DNA of 64,000 bases from Gemmatimonadota bacterium (GCA_039586365.1 JBDHKN010000026.1:1-64000), one strand, 5' to 3'; positions 49,288 to 61,035 are shown, counted from the stretch's first letter. A program made the numbers and translations. The notes: generated by a model not told the origin, from the sequence alone.

Positions 49288-50449
49288 CGTAGAGTTCCAG
49301 GAAGACTGCCGCTGTTCGCTCCGGCGCGTGCAGCTCCCGCACTCGCTCACGACCGGTTGCTGTCAGCCTCAGTCTCAGGTCGTCGTCAGCCAGCAGCCGC
49401 TCCAATTGGTCGGCCAAGTCCAGCGGGTCATCCTCCTTGGTGAGCAGTCCGGTATGCTCGTGCTGGATCACCTCGGGGATACCACCTACCCTCGTGCCAA
49501 CGACGGCACACCCAGCCAGCAAAGCCTCGACCAGAGTCAACCCGAGGCCCTCCGCCTTGGCCCGCGAGGGCAGCACAGTCACGCTGCTGCGGCCGTATTC
49601 GTCGGGCATCCTGCTCTGGTCCACGAAATCAGACCACTCGACCATGTCAGTGATAGCGAGCCGACCGGCCAGGAGCTTGAGCGGGGCGGCCTCCGAACCC
49701 CGTCCAAGCACCCTGAGGCTGCAGGCCACCCCGCGCTGCTTGAGCACCGCGAGGGCCTCGAGCAACACGTCCACTCCCTTGCTCGCTACGAGATTCCCAG
49801 CGTACAGGATGCGCGGAGGAGCCACCTTGTCGAGCTGGAGTCCTTGGCGGTATCGCTCCACGTCGATCGGCATTCTCGTTACCTGTACTGCAACCTTGTC
49901 CGCTCGGAGCAGTCGCTCCAGATCTCGCGCCAGGAAGTCGGATACGGCAGTCACCTTCCCTGCCTGGGCCAACACTCTCCGAGCCCGGGCGCGCAGGATC
50001 AGGGACCGCTCGATCAGTCGCACGTCGCTGCCGTGACTGGTCACCAGGTAGGGGCAACCGGTTTGAGACGCGATCCAGCCGCCGGGAATCCACCAGTGAG
50101 CGTGGACTACATTCGGCTGCCAGTCAGCGACCACCTGGGCCACTGCCCGGCGGAAGCCGCGCCAGAACAGTGGCAGCACCGCAACTCTCGCCGGGTGCAA
50201 CAGGGCCGCCAAACTCACATCACCCACGAACGCCGCGCGTTCCCAGCGCTCGGAAGCGTAACGGAATCGCGTGACTTCCACACCGTTGTCGCACTCGCTC
50301 TCCTGGGTGGCAGGTGAGTGCGGTGCCACTACCTGCACGCCCCACCCCGCGTCCGCTACACTCCACGCCAACCTGGCTACGAACGCGCCCGCGGGATCGT
50401 CCCGGAACCTCGGGTAGTTGTGTGTGACGATGAGAACACGTCTGTTCAT
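49265..50449 (-). CDS. GT4 family glycosyltransferase
   Basis: HAHWWIP, TSHGSD, KGVDVL and EGLGLTLVEA..GGIPE motifs. Confidence 0.9.
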   Translation of the reverse strand: MNRRVLIVTHNYPRFRDDPAGAFVARLAWSVADAGWGVQVVAPHSPATQESECDNGVEVTRFRYASERWERAAFVGDVSLAALLHPARVAVLPLFWRGFRRAVAQVVADWQPNVVHAHWWIPGGWIASQTGCPYLVTSHGSDVRLIERSLILRARARRVLAQAGKVTAVSDFLARDLERLLRADKVAVQVTRMPIDVERYRQGLQLDKVAPPRILYAGNLVASKGVDVLLEALAVLKQRGVACSLRVLGRGSEAAPLKLLAGRLAITDMVEWSDFVDQSRMPDEYGRSSVTVLPSRAKAEGLGLTLVEALLAGCAVVGTRVGGIPEVIQHEHTGLLTKEDDPLDLADQLERLLADDDLRLRLTATGRERVRELHAPERTAAVFLELYGDLAQRH

Positions 50450-51690
50450 CTTATTACGTGGACCCACCCGCTCTCATCAGCTACGAGCGCCGTCTGACCA
50501 AACAGGTCAAACGCAACCCGGCGGGGCTGCCCACCAGTGCTGATCGTCCTGCTCACTTGTCCCGACTCACGATCGATCACGAGCACCTGGCCCAGGCCTG
50601 GTACGGTCATGTAGAGCACTGCCCCACCCGGACTCTGCGCTAGTCCGAAGCCACCCAGCGCCCCGGAGGCAAACGACCGGACCGTGCCCGACGACAGCGT
50701 GACGACTTTGATGGGACCGGCTTCGTCAGCAACATAGAGTTCCGATCCGTCAGGCGACACCACCAAGCCCTGCGGGGTGGCCGTCGGCATCTCGAACACG
50801 CGCCGGCGCAGGTAGCCGGCGAACTCCGTCACTGCGCTGCCCAGCGACGCACTCACGTAGAAACAGTCCTCCTCGTGGGGATGAAACACGATATCGTTGG
50901 GCGCCCCCTCCACTTGCATGACCGACACCAATGAGTCAGCCGTCACGTCGATCCCCAACACCCAGTCATGACCGCTGGTCACCCACAGTTCCGTGCCCCC
51001 GGGATTCATGGTCACGATCAGCGGATTGATGCCCAGCATGTAGCGACCGATCTCGACGTCTCGCCCCACGTCGACCACACTCACGCTCTGATCGAACTGA
51101 TTGCTCACGTATGCAGTCGTGCCGGCATGATCGAACGTGACCGACGTGGGTACGCTTTGGACGGCGACGCCACCGGAGAGGGAGAGCGCAGGAAGATCAA
51201 TGCGTGCTAGCTGCGCCGCGTCGAGCTGCGTTACGTAGGCAACTCCCTGCCAAGAGATCGCGATTCCAAAGGGTCGCGAATCCAGCGGCAGGCTAGTCGT
51301 CAATACGCCTTCCGGGTGAGTGAAGACCGCTACCGGAACCAGCACACTGGCCGAACCACTCGTTACCGTCAGGGAGGATGAGCCAATCCCCCCTGCCGAC
51401 GAGACGGTTCCGGCGGAGGAAACCACCACCAGGAACGGGTCGTTGGAACGAAACGCCGGCACCGCGTCAGCGATCACCGCGCTGTCCTCGTCAAGCACGG
51501 TGACCTCCAGTTGAACCCAGCCGGCCACCTCGAGGGGGACGCTGTCGGGACGGACAATTAGGTACGCCGCGTTCACCGCCGGATCGGTGGCGCCATCCCC
51601 ACAAGCCAACGCAGCGAAAACGGACAGAGCGGCTACCAGTGCCGCAGGGCAGTATGAGCCCGGAGGTGTCCTGCTATCCTTGGCGACCAT
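50446..51690 (-). CDS. Putative lipoprotein with Ig-like domain and YncE/YVTN beta-propeller
   Basis: Lipobox-like ALAC, Big_2-like segment (FRSNDP..VVSSAGTV), repeated propeller blades (PFGIAIS, SPDGSELYVA). Confidence 0.7.
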   Translation of the reverse strand: MVAKDSRTPPGSYCPAALVAALSVFAALACGDGATDPAVNAAYLIVRPDSVPLEVAGWVQLEVTVLDEDSAVIADAVPAFRSNDPFLVVVSSAGTVSSAGGIGSSSLTVTSGSASVLVPVAVFTHPEGVLTTSLPLDSRPFGIAISWQGVAYVTQLDAAQLARIDLPALSLSGGVAVQSVPTSVTFDHAGTTAYVSNQFDQSVSVVDVGRDVEIGRYMLGINPLIVTMNPGGTELWVTSGHDWVLGIDVTADSLVSVMQVEGAPNDIVFHPHEEDCFYVSASLGSAVTEFAGYLRRRVFEMPTATPQGLVVSPDGSELYVADEAGPIKVVTLSSGTVRSFASGALGGFGLAQSPGGAVLYMTVPGLGQVLVIDRESGQVSRTISTGGQPRRVAFDLFGQTALVADESGWVHVIR

Positions 51691-52570
51691 TCCTCTCGAC
51701 CAGGCGCTGGTCGACAGTCTGTGCGAGTCGCCGGATCTCTTCCCGCTGTCCCGCCAACAGCTCCCCTACGAAGCCGAATCCGAACAAGGCGACCACCAGA
51801 GCGACGACCCCGACCAGGAATCCGAGCAAGAACAGAGTGGCACCCAAGCCACCGAAGAACAGCAGCGGTTTGCGTCCAAAGCGGAGCTGAAACCAAACCG
51901 AAAGCAGGTCGAATACGCCAACCGGAATCCGCCCCAGGCCGAACTTCGACTCACCGGCACGGCGCGGATGCAGCGTCACCGGACGCTCGACCAAACGGAA
52001 ACCCTCGGCGGTGGCAACCACGGCCATGTACCTGTGCCAGTCGGGACGCGACGGAATTGCGTCCATGACTTCGCGCCGGTAGGCTTTGACTGCGTTCAGG
52101 TCGGAAACTCGCACACCGAACATCCAGCGGCACAGCCGGTTGTACACCTGGGAGACGAACGCTTTCTCGTACTGCCCCTGTTTGGCGCCCGTCACCATGT
52201 CGGCGTCGCCGCGGCGGATCGGTTCCACCAACGCGGGGATCTCCGCGGGAAGGAACTGCAGATCGGCCGGGTAGAAGACCAGGATCCTTCCGCTGGCTAC
52301 TTCTCCGCCCGACCTCAATGCCTCGGCTATGCCGCGTCGGGTCCGGTGCGTCACCGTTCTGACAAAACCATGTTCGGCGCGGATGCGGCGCAGCACCTCC
52401 GGCGTGTCGTCAGCGCTGCCATCGTCTACTACGACCACTTCGAACGAGAACTCAGCCGCACCGAGAGCCTCGCTGCACTGGCGGATGAATTCGGGTAGGT
52501 TCTCTGCCTCGTCCTTGGCTGGTACCAGTACGCTGACTTCGACAGGTTCTGCTGTCTGCGTCAGCGTCAT
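51674..52570 (-). CDS. GT2 glycosyltransferase, ArnC/GtrB-like
   Basis: LVPAKDE, VDDGSADDT, ADLQ, HRY and RRAGESKFG motifs, C-terminal TM. ATGA overlap with rpoN. Confidence 0.85.
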   Translation of the reverse strand: MTLTQTAEPVEVSVLVPAKDEAENLPEFIRQCSEALGAAEFSFEVVVVDDGSADDTPEVLRRIRAEHGFVRTVTHRTRRGIAEALRSGGEVASGRILVFYPADLQFLPAEIPALVEPIRRGDADMVTGAKQGQYEKAFVSQVYNRLCRWMFGVRVSDLNAVKAYRREVMDAIPSRPDWHRYMAVVATAEGFRLVERPVTLHPRRAGESKFGLGRIPVGVFDLLSVWFQLRFGRKPLLFFGGLGATLFLLGFLVGVVALVVALFGFGFVGELLAGQREEIRRLAQTVDQRLVERNGRQG

Positions 52571-54027
52571 ACGCGCTTGCGCATGCGCGCCGGGAGGATG
52601 TTCAACTGATCCCGGTATTTGGCGACGGTCCTCCGTGCGATTTGGATACCGCGTTCCTTGAGTGCCTTGACGATTGCTGAGTCGGTGAGGGGAGCGGACA
52701 CATCCTCTTCGGATACCAGTTTTTGAATCTGTGCCTTGACGGCCCGCGAACTGGCATCCTCACCGGTCGTCGTGCCCAGGCTGCTCGAGAAGAAGAACTT
52801 GAGTGGATAGACACCGCGCGGCGTCTGCACGTATTTCTGGCTCGTCACCCTGCTCACCGTCGACTCATGCATCTCGATGACATCGGCAACTTCGCGCAAC
52901 GTGAGTGGGTGTAGATGTTCAACTCCCTTTTCGAAGAAGCCACGCTGCCGATCCACGATGAAATTCATCACCTTCAGCATGGTCTGGCGTCGCTGCTCGA
53001 TGGCCTGTATCAGCCAACTGGCGCTGTTCAATTTGTCTGTAATGAACTCTCGGTTCTCGCCGACGAACTTCTTCTTGTCACCAGCAATCTGCTGATAGAT
53101 ACGACTGATCCGCAGCCGCGGTACTCCGCCATCGTTGAGGAAGACCCGGTAGTGGCCGTCGATCTTCTCGACCGTCAAATCGGGCACCACATAGGTGTCG
53201 CCTGCGCTCATGTGCCGGATACCCGGTTTCGGATCGAGTCTGGCCAATTCATCGGCAGCATCCTGAACCTCGCGCGGGTCGAGCTGGTAACGCTTGGCCA
53301 ATTCGCTCCAGCGATGCGCAATGAGGTCGTCGAACGCCTCAGAGACCAGCTTGTAGGTGAGAGTGTCTTGCTCCCCCAGCTCCCTCATCTGTAGCAGCAG
53401 GCACTCTCTAAGATCACGCGCCGCTATCCCAGGTGGATCCAACAACTGCATGATCCGGAGCAACTCCTCTGCCTCTTCAACGGTGAAGTTTGCCGCGGCT
53501 TCATGCTCCACAGCAATGACGGGTGGAGCTTCCCCCTCCAGCAGGAGTCTGTTGGCTTCGTCTACGATCTCCTCCAATGTCGCGCGGAGATAGCCATCAT
53601 CAGCGATGTTACCGATGAAGAAATCAGCCAAGAAGCGCTGCCGGGCAGTGAGATCGAGCAACTGTAGCTGCTCGTAGAGGTAGTCGCTGAGGTCGTGCAG
53701 CTCAACGGGAGTTGGCTCATAGTACTCCCGCTCTTCGAATTCGGCACGCATGCCTCCCGTGCTGAACCCGTCCAGGATGATGTCTTCCCAATTGACTTCG
53801 TCGTCGCCCTTGGACTCTTCCTTTTCCTGCTCCTTCTCAGCAGTGGTCTGTTCTTCCTCCTCGTCCGGTTCTTGCATTTCCAGGAAGGGATTGGTGAGCA
53901 GTTCCTGCTTGAGGTGTTGCTGCAGGTCCAACATTGGCATATACAACAGATCCATCGCCTGATAGAGGCGAGGATTCATCCTGAGTTCTTGCCTGAGTAC
54001 CGCGCTCTGCTGTAACGTAGTCTTCAT
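52567..54027 (-). CDS. rpoN: RNA polymerase sigma-54 factor
   Basis: Gln/Leu-rich region I, DPPGIAARDLRECL, MHESTVSR, RpoN box ARRTVAKYR. Confidence 0.97.
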   Translation of the reverse strand: MKTTLQQSAVLRQELRMNPRLYQAMDLLYMPMLDLQQHLKQELLTNPFLEMQEPDEEEEQTTAEKEQEKEESKGDDEVNWEDIILDGFSTGGMRAEFEEREYYEPTPVELHDLSDYLYEQLQLLDLTARQRFLADFFIGNIADDGYLRATLEEIVDEANRLLLEGEAPPVIAVEHEAAANFTVEEAEELLRIMQLLDPPGIAARDLRECLLLQMRELGEQDTLTYKLVSEAFDDLIAHRWSELAKRYQLDPREVQDAADELARLDPKPGIRHMSAGDTYVVPDLTVEKIDGHYRVFLNDGGVPRLRISRIYQQIAGDKKKFVGENREFITDKLNSASWLIQAIEQRRQTMLKVMNFIVDRQRGFFEKGVEHLHPLTLREVADVIEMHESTVSRVTSQKYVQTPRGVYPLKFFFSSSLGTTTGEDASSRAVKAQIQKLVSEEDVSAPLTDSAIVKALKERGIQIARRTVAKYRDQLNILPARMRKRV

Positions 54028-55247
54028 GCAGCCGCTCCCAACCGTTCCCGTAACCGGCTCGTCAGAGTAGGCCCTAGATAAAGATCGGCCACTTGGTCGT
54101 TGAACACCAGTTCCCGAACCGTGCCCGCTACCTGGACCTTCCCCTCGAACATGATATATGCCCGGTCAACGATATCCAGGGTCTGTTCCACGTTGTGGTC
54201 GGTAATGAGCACGCCGATACCGCGCCGCCGCAGGCCGGCCACTATGGTCTGAATGTCGTTGACGGCGATCGGATCCACCCCGGCAAACGGCTCGTCCAGC
54301 AACATGAACTTGGGTGACGTGACCAGTGCTCTGGTGATTTCCAGGCGACGTCTTTCACCGCCTGAGAGTTTGTAGGCCGGCACCTTTCTGAGATACTTGA
54401 TTGACAGCTCGTCCAACAGCGTCTCGAGACGGCTGTTCCGCTCGTCGTCCGACACCGGCAGTGTCTCGAGGATTGCCTTGACATTATCCTCTACGGTGAG
54501 CTTGCGGAACACTGAAGGCTCCTGAGCCAGGTAGCCAATGCCCCTGCGAGCCCGCTGGTACATGGGGAGCATCGAGATGTCGGCACCATCGATCTCGATC
54601 TTTCCCGCATTGGGTTTGACCAATCCCGTGATCATGTAGAAAGTGGTGGTCTTGCCTGCACCGTTGGGACCCAGCAACCCCACTATCTCTCCCTGTTGTA
54701 CATACAAGTCCACGTCGTCCACGACCTTGCGCTTGCGGTATATCTTCGTCAACCCAAAGCCCGACAGGACGCTGCCGGTCAGCTCCGGCGTCACGGCCAC
54801 TACCGGTGCCTCGATCTCCCGCAGGGACTCCAAGGCCAGATCCATCAATTCCTCATACAGGGTGGCGCGATCTTCGCTCAGCAGCTGCCAGACCTCCGGA
54901 ACCACCCGCACGCCTTGCTCGGATACCTGCGTGTCTGACAGGGTCCACGCGCCATGGCTGTAGCTCACGCTCACGAGACCCGGTGCAATGATTCCCGCGG
55001 TTGCCAGCCGCGGCAGGACGGAAGACAGCAGGTGGTGGCGCACCTCGTCGACCGAGAGAGTGCCTCGTTGGGTGGCAGCATCACCGCGCTCACGGCGTTG
55101 CAGCTCAAGGTGGGCCTCGCGGTATGCTACGGCCAGGTCGTCGAACTTCGCAGCACCCGATTCGTCAGCGACCTTGAGCAGAGCGGCCGCAGCCAGAGGC
55201 GACGAGGAATCCCCGCCACCAAACAAGGAGAACAACTGGCTGTTCAT
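54024..55247 (-). CDS. lptB: LPS export ABC ATPase LptB with ~160-aa N-terminal extension
   Basis: GPNGAGKTTTF, YLAQEPSVFRKL, LSGGERRR, LLDEPFAGVDP and ITDHN motifs. ATG 55247 overlaps the upstream stop. Confidence 0.92.
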   Translation of the reverse strand: MNSQLFSLFGGGDSSSPLAAAALLKVADESGAAKFDDLAVAYREAHLELQRRERGDAATQRGTLSVDEVRHHLLSSVLPRLATAGIIAPGLVSVSYSHGAWTLSDTQVSEQGVRVVPEVWQLLSEDRATLYEELMDLALESLREIEAPVVAVTPELTGSVLSGFGLTKIYRKRKVVDDVDLYVQQGEIVGLLGPNGAGKTTTFYMITGLVKPNAGKIEIDGADISMLPMYQRARRGIGYLAQEPSVFRKLTVEDNVKAILETLPVSDDERNSRLETLLDELSIKYLRKVPAYKLSGGERRRLEITRALVTSPKFMLLDEPFAGVDPIAVNDIQTIVAGLRRRGIGVLITDHNVEQTLDIVDRAYIMFEGKVQVAGTVRELVFNDQVADLYLGPTLTSRLRERLGAAA

Positions 55248-56698
55248 GAGGGCGGCTTCTTTATGGGTTCCAGATACACACCGTCAGCTTGTCCAATCAC
55301 ATCCACTCTCTCCACAGTCTCATTGGTGAACAGCGCGATGATAGTCAGTCCTCGCGAGTAGTTGAACGCCGGGGCCGCAGTACTGTCAGCTTCGTCGAAG
55401 ATCTTGTAGAAGGCCTTGGCGTTGCCCCGAGCAATCAGCTCGGTCAGAGTACGAGCGCCCGTCTCCGTGCTGTCGAACCGCGCTACCACCGTGTCACCCG
55501 ATATCCAGTCGGCTTCACGCTGCCACGAGCCGACGTCAGGTGCTAACGAGTCAACCACAGCCGCCAACGAGTCGCCTTCTGTCGCCAGAGAGTCGACTTC
55601 CGTTACCAGCGAGTCGCCTTCAATGGCCAACGAGTCGACCTCAGCTGCTGACGGGTCGACTTCGTTCGCTACCGAGTCAACCACAGCCACTACGGTCTTC
55701 GCGAGAGCGTTGCCGAAGCCCCGCATCTCAGTAAGTTGCTGATCCGGCGTGTCCACCGCCAGAGAATCAGCCGTAATCGTATACTCCTGTGACCGCGCCT
55801 CCGGATGGGTGGAGTCCCCCCACGCCAGCGCCGTTTGGATCAAGTCGTCGGCCACCGAGAAGGCGATTGTGTCGGCGACGATGTCCCACTCGTTGCTCGT
55901 GGCACGAGCACTGTCCTGTGCCTGCACCCAGTCGAGCTTGTCGTCCACCAGATGGAACGCTATGCTGTGACCGTTAAGGTTGAACCCCAGAGAATCCTGC
56001 GAAGAGGCCTCCGCTGCCCCAACGATCGTCCCTTCCCCTCCCTCGATATCGAGTGAGGCGCTATCGCCCTTGGCAGCAAAATCGCTGCGGGTGATAGTGA
56101 CATTCCCTACAGCCCAAGTGGAGTTGCCCAGCAACCGCACTCGATCTGCCAGGATTATATATGGCTCTGCGCTGTCAGCTTCTGTGCGGTAGACCACAGT
56201 CGGCCGCAGGGTGGCCAGCAACTCGGCCGGCTCTCTGAGCCCCGCTACCTCCCGCAAATAGGTCAACCTCGGTCCCGTCAATACGGTGCCGGTGGCCCGG
56301 TTGGTCAGTCTAACGTGCCCCTGGGCCTCTAGCCGCTCACCTCGTTCGTGGTAAGTAGCACGATCGGCGATGAGTTCAGCAGTGGAATCCTGGAAGCGCA
56401 CCCCTCCGACGAATTCAATGCGACCAGCCGATACGAAACGGGCGACACTGTCCGCGTGAGCGTTCCACACAACCACCCCGGCGCTAGGTGTGCCCGGATT
56501 GGCCACGCAAGACCACCACACCCCTCCCGACCCGTACTCCCGAATCTGTCCTGTCGCAGTCACAATCCGGCGCCCAACCCTGCTGCTGTCCAGCGTCACC
56601 AGGCAATCGGAAGACTGCTGAGCTACCGCCGGCTGCGCAGCAGACACTGCTACCAGCAGCGCGATTGTCGCTCCCGGCACCGCAACAGCAGGACGCAA
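55244..56698 (-). CDS. LptA/OstA-like periplasmic beta-jellyroll protein
   Basis: Signal peptide, repeated ADS/ADR jellyroll strands, C-terminal GVYLEP. Lies between lptC and lptB. Confidence 0.75.
   Translation of the reverse strand: MRPAVAVPGATIALLVAVSAAQPAVAQQSSDCLVTLDSSRVGRRIVTATGQIREYGSGGVWWSCVANPGTPSAGVVVWNAHADSVARFVSAGRIEFVGGVRFQDSTAELIADRATYHERGERLEAQGHVRLTNRATGTVLTGPRLTYLREVAGLREPAELLATLRPTVVYRTEADSAEPYIILADRVRLLGNSTWAVGNVTITRSDFAAKGDSASLDIEGGEGTIVGAAEASSQDSLGFNLNGHSIAFHLVDDKLDWVQAQDSARATSNEWDIVADTIAFSVADDLIQTALAWGDSTHPEARSQEYTITADSLAVDTPDQQLTEMRGFGNALAKTVVAVVDSVANEVDPSAAEVDSLAIEGDSLVTEVDSLATEGDSLAAVVDSLAPDVGSWQREADWISGDTVVARFDSTETGARTLTELIARGNAKAFYKIFDEADSTAAPAFNYSRGLTIIALFTNETVERVDVIGQADGVYLEPIKKPPS
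55538..55684 (-). repeat. 7 x 21-bp degenerate coding tandem repeat
   Basis: VVDSVAN-EVDPSAA-EVDSLAI-EGDSLVT-EVDSLAT-EGDSLAA-VVDSLAP. Confidence 0.9.
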
Positions 56699-57235
56699 CT
56701 AACGGCTCCCGGGCTCTCGCACCGAGCCTGCCAACGTCGTCCCCTCTACCTCCCGGAAGTCGGGATCGGCGATGAAGCTCTCACCGGTCAGGTGTTCGCC
56801 CGGGGCGTCATACACGAAGGCACACGGCCCAGTGATCTCATCGTGATCCTGGCTGTAGGTGATGGAGCACGTCGTGAGGCGGCGCCCATCGGGTGTCACC
56901 GCAAGGACGCTGTCCCTTGCCTCCATGTTGCCGGTCCGCCAATCGTAGGTACCTTCGCGTGCCGTCAGCGTCGACCGCCGTTCGCCCAGCGCTGAATAGA
57001 ACTGGACTTCGAGTACATACAGCTCCCATTCCTCTCGTTCGGGATAGTGAAACGCTGAATCGGCCTCGAGTTCCACTCGCTGGACCCCCTCCACGGTGAT
57101 GAACTTCCTGAAACCGTACGCCACTTGATCTGCCGAATCAGGCAGTACCGACGAAGTCGGTGGTTGCTCGGGATCGGCACAGGCCCACAGGGCAGTGGCA
57201 AGCAGAGCTATAGCTATCTGTCGTCTAATGGGCAC
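56699..57235 (-). CDS. lptC: LPS export protein LptC
   Basis: Lipobox-like LWAC, jellyroll strands (LEADSA, LTAREG, FIADPDF). Position between kdsC and the lptA-like gene. Confidence 0.8.
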   Translation of the reverse strand: MPIRRQIAIALLATALWACADPEQPPTSSVLPDSADQVAYGFRKFITVEGVQRVELEADSAFHYPEREEWELYVLEVQFYSALGERRSTLTAREGTYDWRTGNMEARDSVLAVTPDGRRLTTCSITYSQDHDEITGPCAFVYDAPGEHLTGESFIADPDFREVEGTTLAGSVREPGSR

Positions 57236-57797
57236 CGCTCAACCTCGGTGTAGGGTCTCCTCGTTCCGCCAAGTAGCGGCGTACCACATCCTCCCACTCC
57301 CCGCGGGCGTGCAACAGCGCTTCCACGAAGTCGCGCACTGCCCCCTGCCCTCCCGGCTTCCCTGTCACATATGCTGCTATTTCACGCACCTCAGGGCGTG
57401 CGTTCTGCACCGCCACTGGCAGGCCCACTCTACTCAACACGGGGAGATCGGGCAGATCGTCACCAACAAACGCCGCTTCCTCCATCCTGATACCCAGACG
57501 ATCCAGCATCTCCTGGAATGCGGGCAGCTTGCGCGCTTTGGGGTCCTGCACGACCTCGTCGATACCGAGTTCCCGAGCTCGAATGTTGGTGGCTTCGGAA
57601 TACCGTCCCGAGACGATCACCACCTTGATGCGCGCCACCTGCAGCAAATGGACGCCGACTGTGTCCTGAATATCGAACCGCTTCAACTCCGTAATCCCGC
57701 CATCGCCCATACCTATATACACCCCAGCATCCGTCATAACACCGTCCACATCCAGTCCGACCAGACGCACTCGCTTGGCCATTATTGGCTGGAGCAT
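57225..57797 (-). CDS. kdsC: KDO 8-phosphate phosphatase (HAD)
   Basis: LDVDGVMTD, VGDDLPD and GGQGAVRD motifs. Confidence 0.92.
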   Translation of the reverse strand: MLQPIMAKRVRLVGLDVDGVMTDAGVYIGMGDGGITELKRFDIQDTVGVHLLQVARIKVVIVSGRYSEATNIRARELGIDEVVQDPKARKLPAFQEMLDRLGIRMEEAAFVGDDLPDLPVLSRVGLPVAVQNARPEVREIAAYVTGKPGGQGAVRDFVEALLHARGEWEDVVRRYLAERGDPTPRLSGAH

Positions 57798-58606
57798 GCT
57801 TCCCCCCTGTGCTGTACTCGCACCCAGATCTCCTTGGCGCTATCCAACAAGGACTCCAGATCCTGCAGCGGCCACATGGTTGCTCCGTCGCTGGGAGCAC
57901 GGGCCGGATCAGGGTGGGTCTCGACGAAGAACCCGTCCGCCCCAGCGGCGGCGGCGGCACGCAACAGGTCGGGCACATATTGCCGCTGGCCACCACTGCT
58001 CCCACCCGGTCCCATGCCGGGCAGCTGCACCGAGTGGGTCGCATCGAACAGGACTGGGACTCCCGTCGCCGACCTGATGCGGGCGAAGTTCCTCATGTCA
58101 ACGACCAGGTCGCCATATCCGAAGAAGGTCCCGCGCTCGGTCACCGCGACATCGCCGCTCCCCGCTCGTTGTACCTTCTCCACCGCCCCCGCCATCGATT
58201 CCGGGTGCATCCACTGGCCTTTCTTGAGATTGACCGGCAACCCGGAGCCCCCCACCGCCGTCAGCAGATCGGTCTGCCGACACAGGAACGCCGGGACCTG
58301 GAGAGCATCGACAACCGCGGCCACTCGATCCACCTGCCACGTCTCGTGCACGTCCGTTATGACTGCCAAGCTCGTCTCGTCGCGGACCCGCGCCAAACCC
58401 CGCAGGCCCGTCTCCAAGCCGGGTCCTCGTTGGGCATTGAGCGAAGAGCGGTTTGCCTTATCGAAGCTCGCCTTGTAGACGACTCTGATCCCCAGCCGCA
58501 CCGCCAGCGCCGCAAGATGACGAGCGATCGTCAGGTTGAGAGCGTCATCCTCCAGGACACAGGGCCCCGCCAGGACGACCGGAGCCGGAGACCAAAATCC
58601 ACCCAT
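57782..58606 (-). CDS. kdsA: KDO 8-phosphate synthase
   Basis: AGPCVLE, KASFDKANRSS, PAFLCRQTD and DATHSVQ motifs. Confidence 0.96.
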   Translation of the reverse strand: MGGFWSPAPVVLAGPCVLEDDALNLTIARHLAALAVRLGIRVVYKASFDKANRSSLNAQRGPGLETGLRGLARVRDETSLAVITDVHETWQVDRVAAVVDALQVPAFLCRQTDLLTAVGGSGLPVNLKKGQWMHPESMAGAVEKVQRAGSGDVAVTERGTFFGYGDLVVDMRNFARIRSATGVPVLFDATHSVQLPGMGPGGSSGGQRQYVPDLLRAAAAAGADGFFVETHPDPARAPSDGATMWPLQDLESLLDSAKEIWVRVQHRGEACSSQ

Positions 58607-58607
58607 G

Positions 58608-61000
<2,393 letters not shown>

Positions 61001-61005
61001 AGTCC

Positions 61006-61035
61006 AAAGTAACATGTGCCAGGGCCGGCTGTCAA
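61006..61035 (-). promoter_or_regulatory. sigma70 promoter of the kdsB...rpoN operon
   Basis: TTGACA-N18-TACTTT with an extended TGn -10. Confidence 0.55.

Noticed and set aside
55538..55684. CRISPR array
   Set aside because: Degenerate in-frame 21-bp coding repeats with no spacers and no cas genes.
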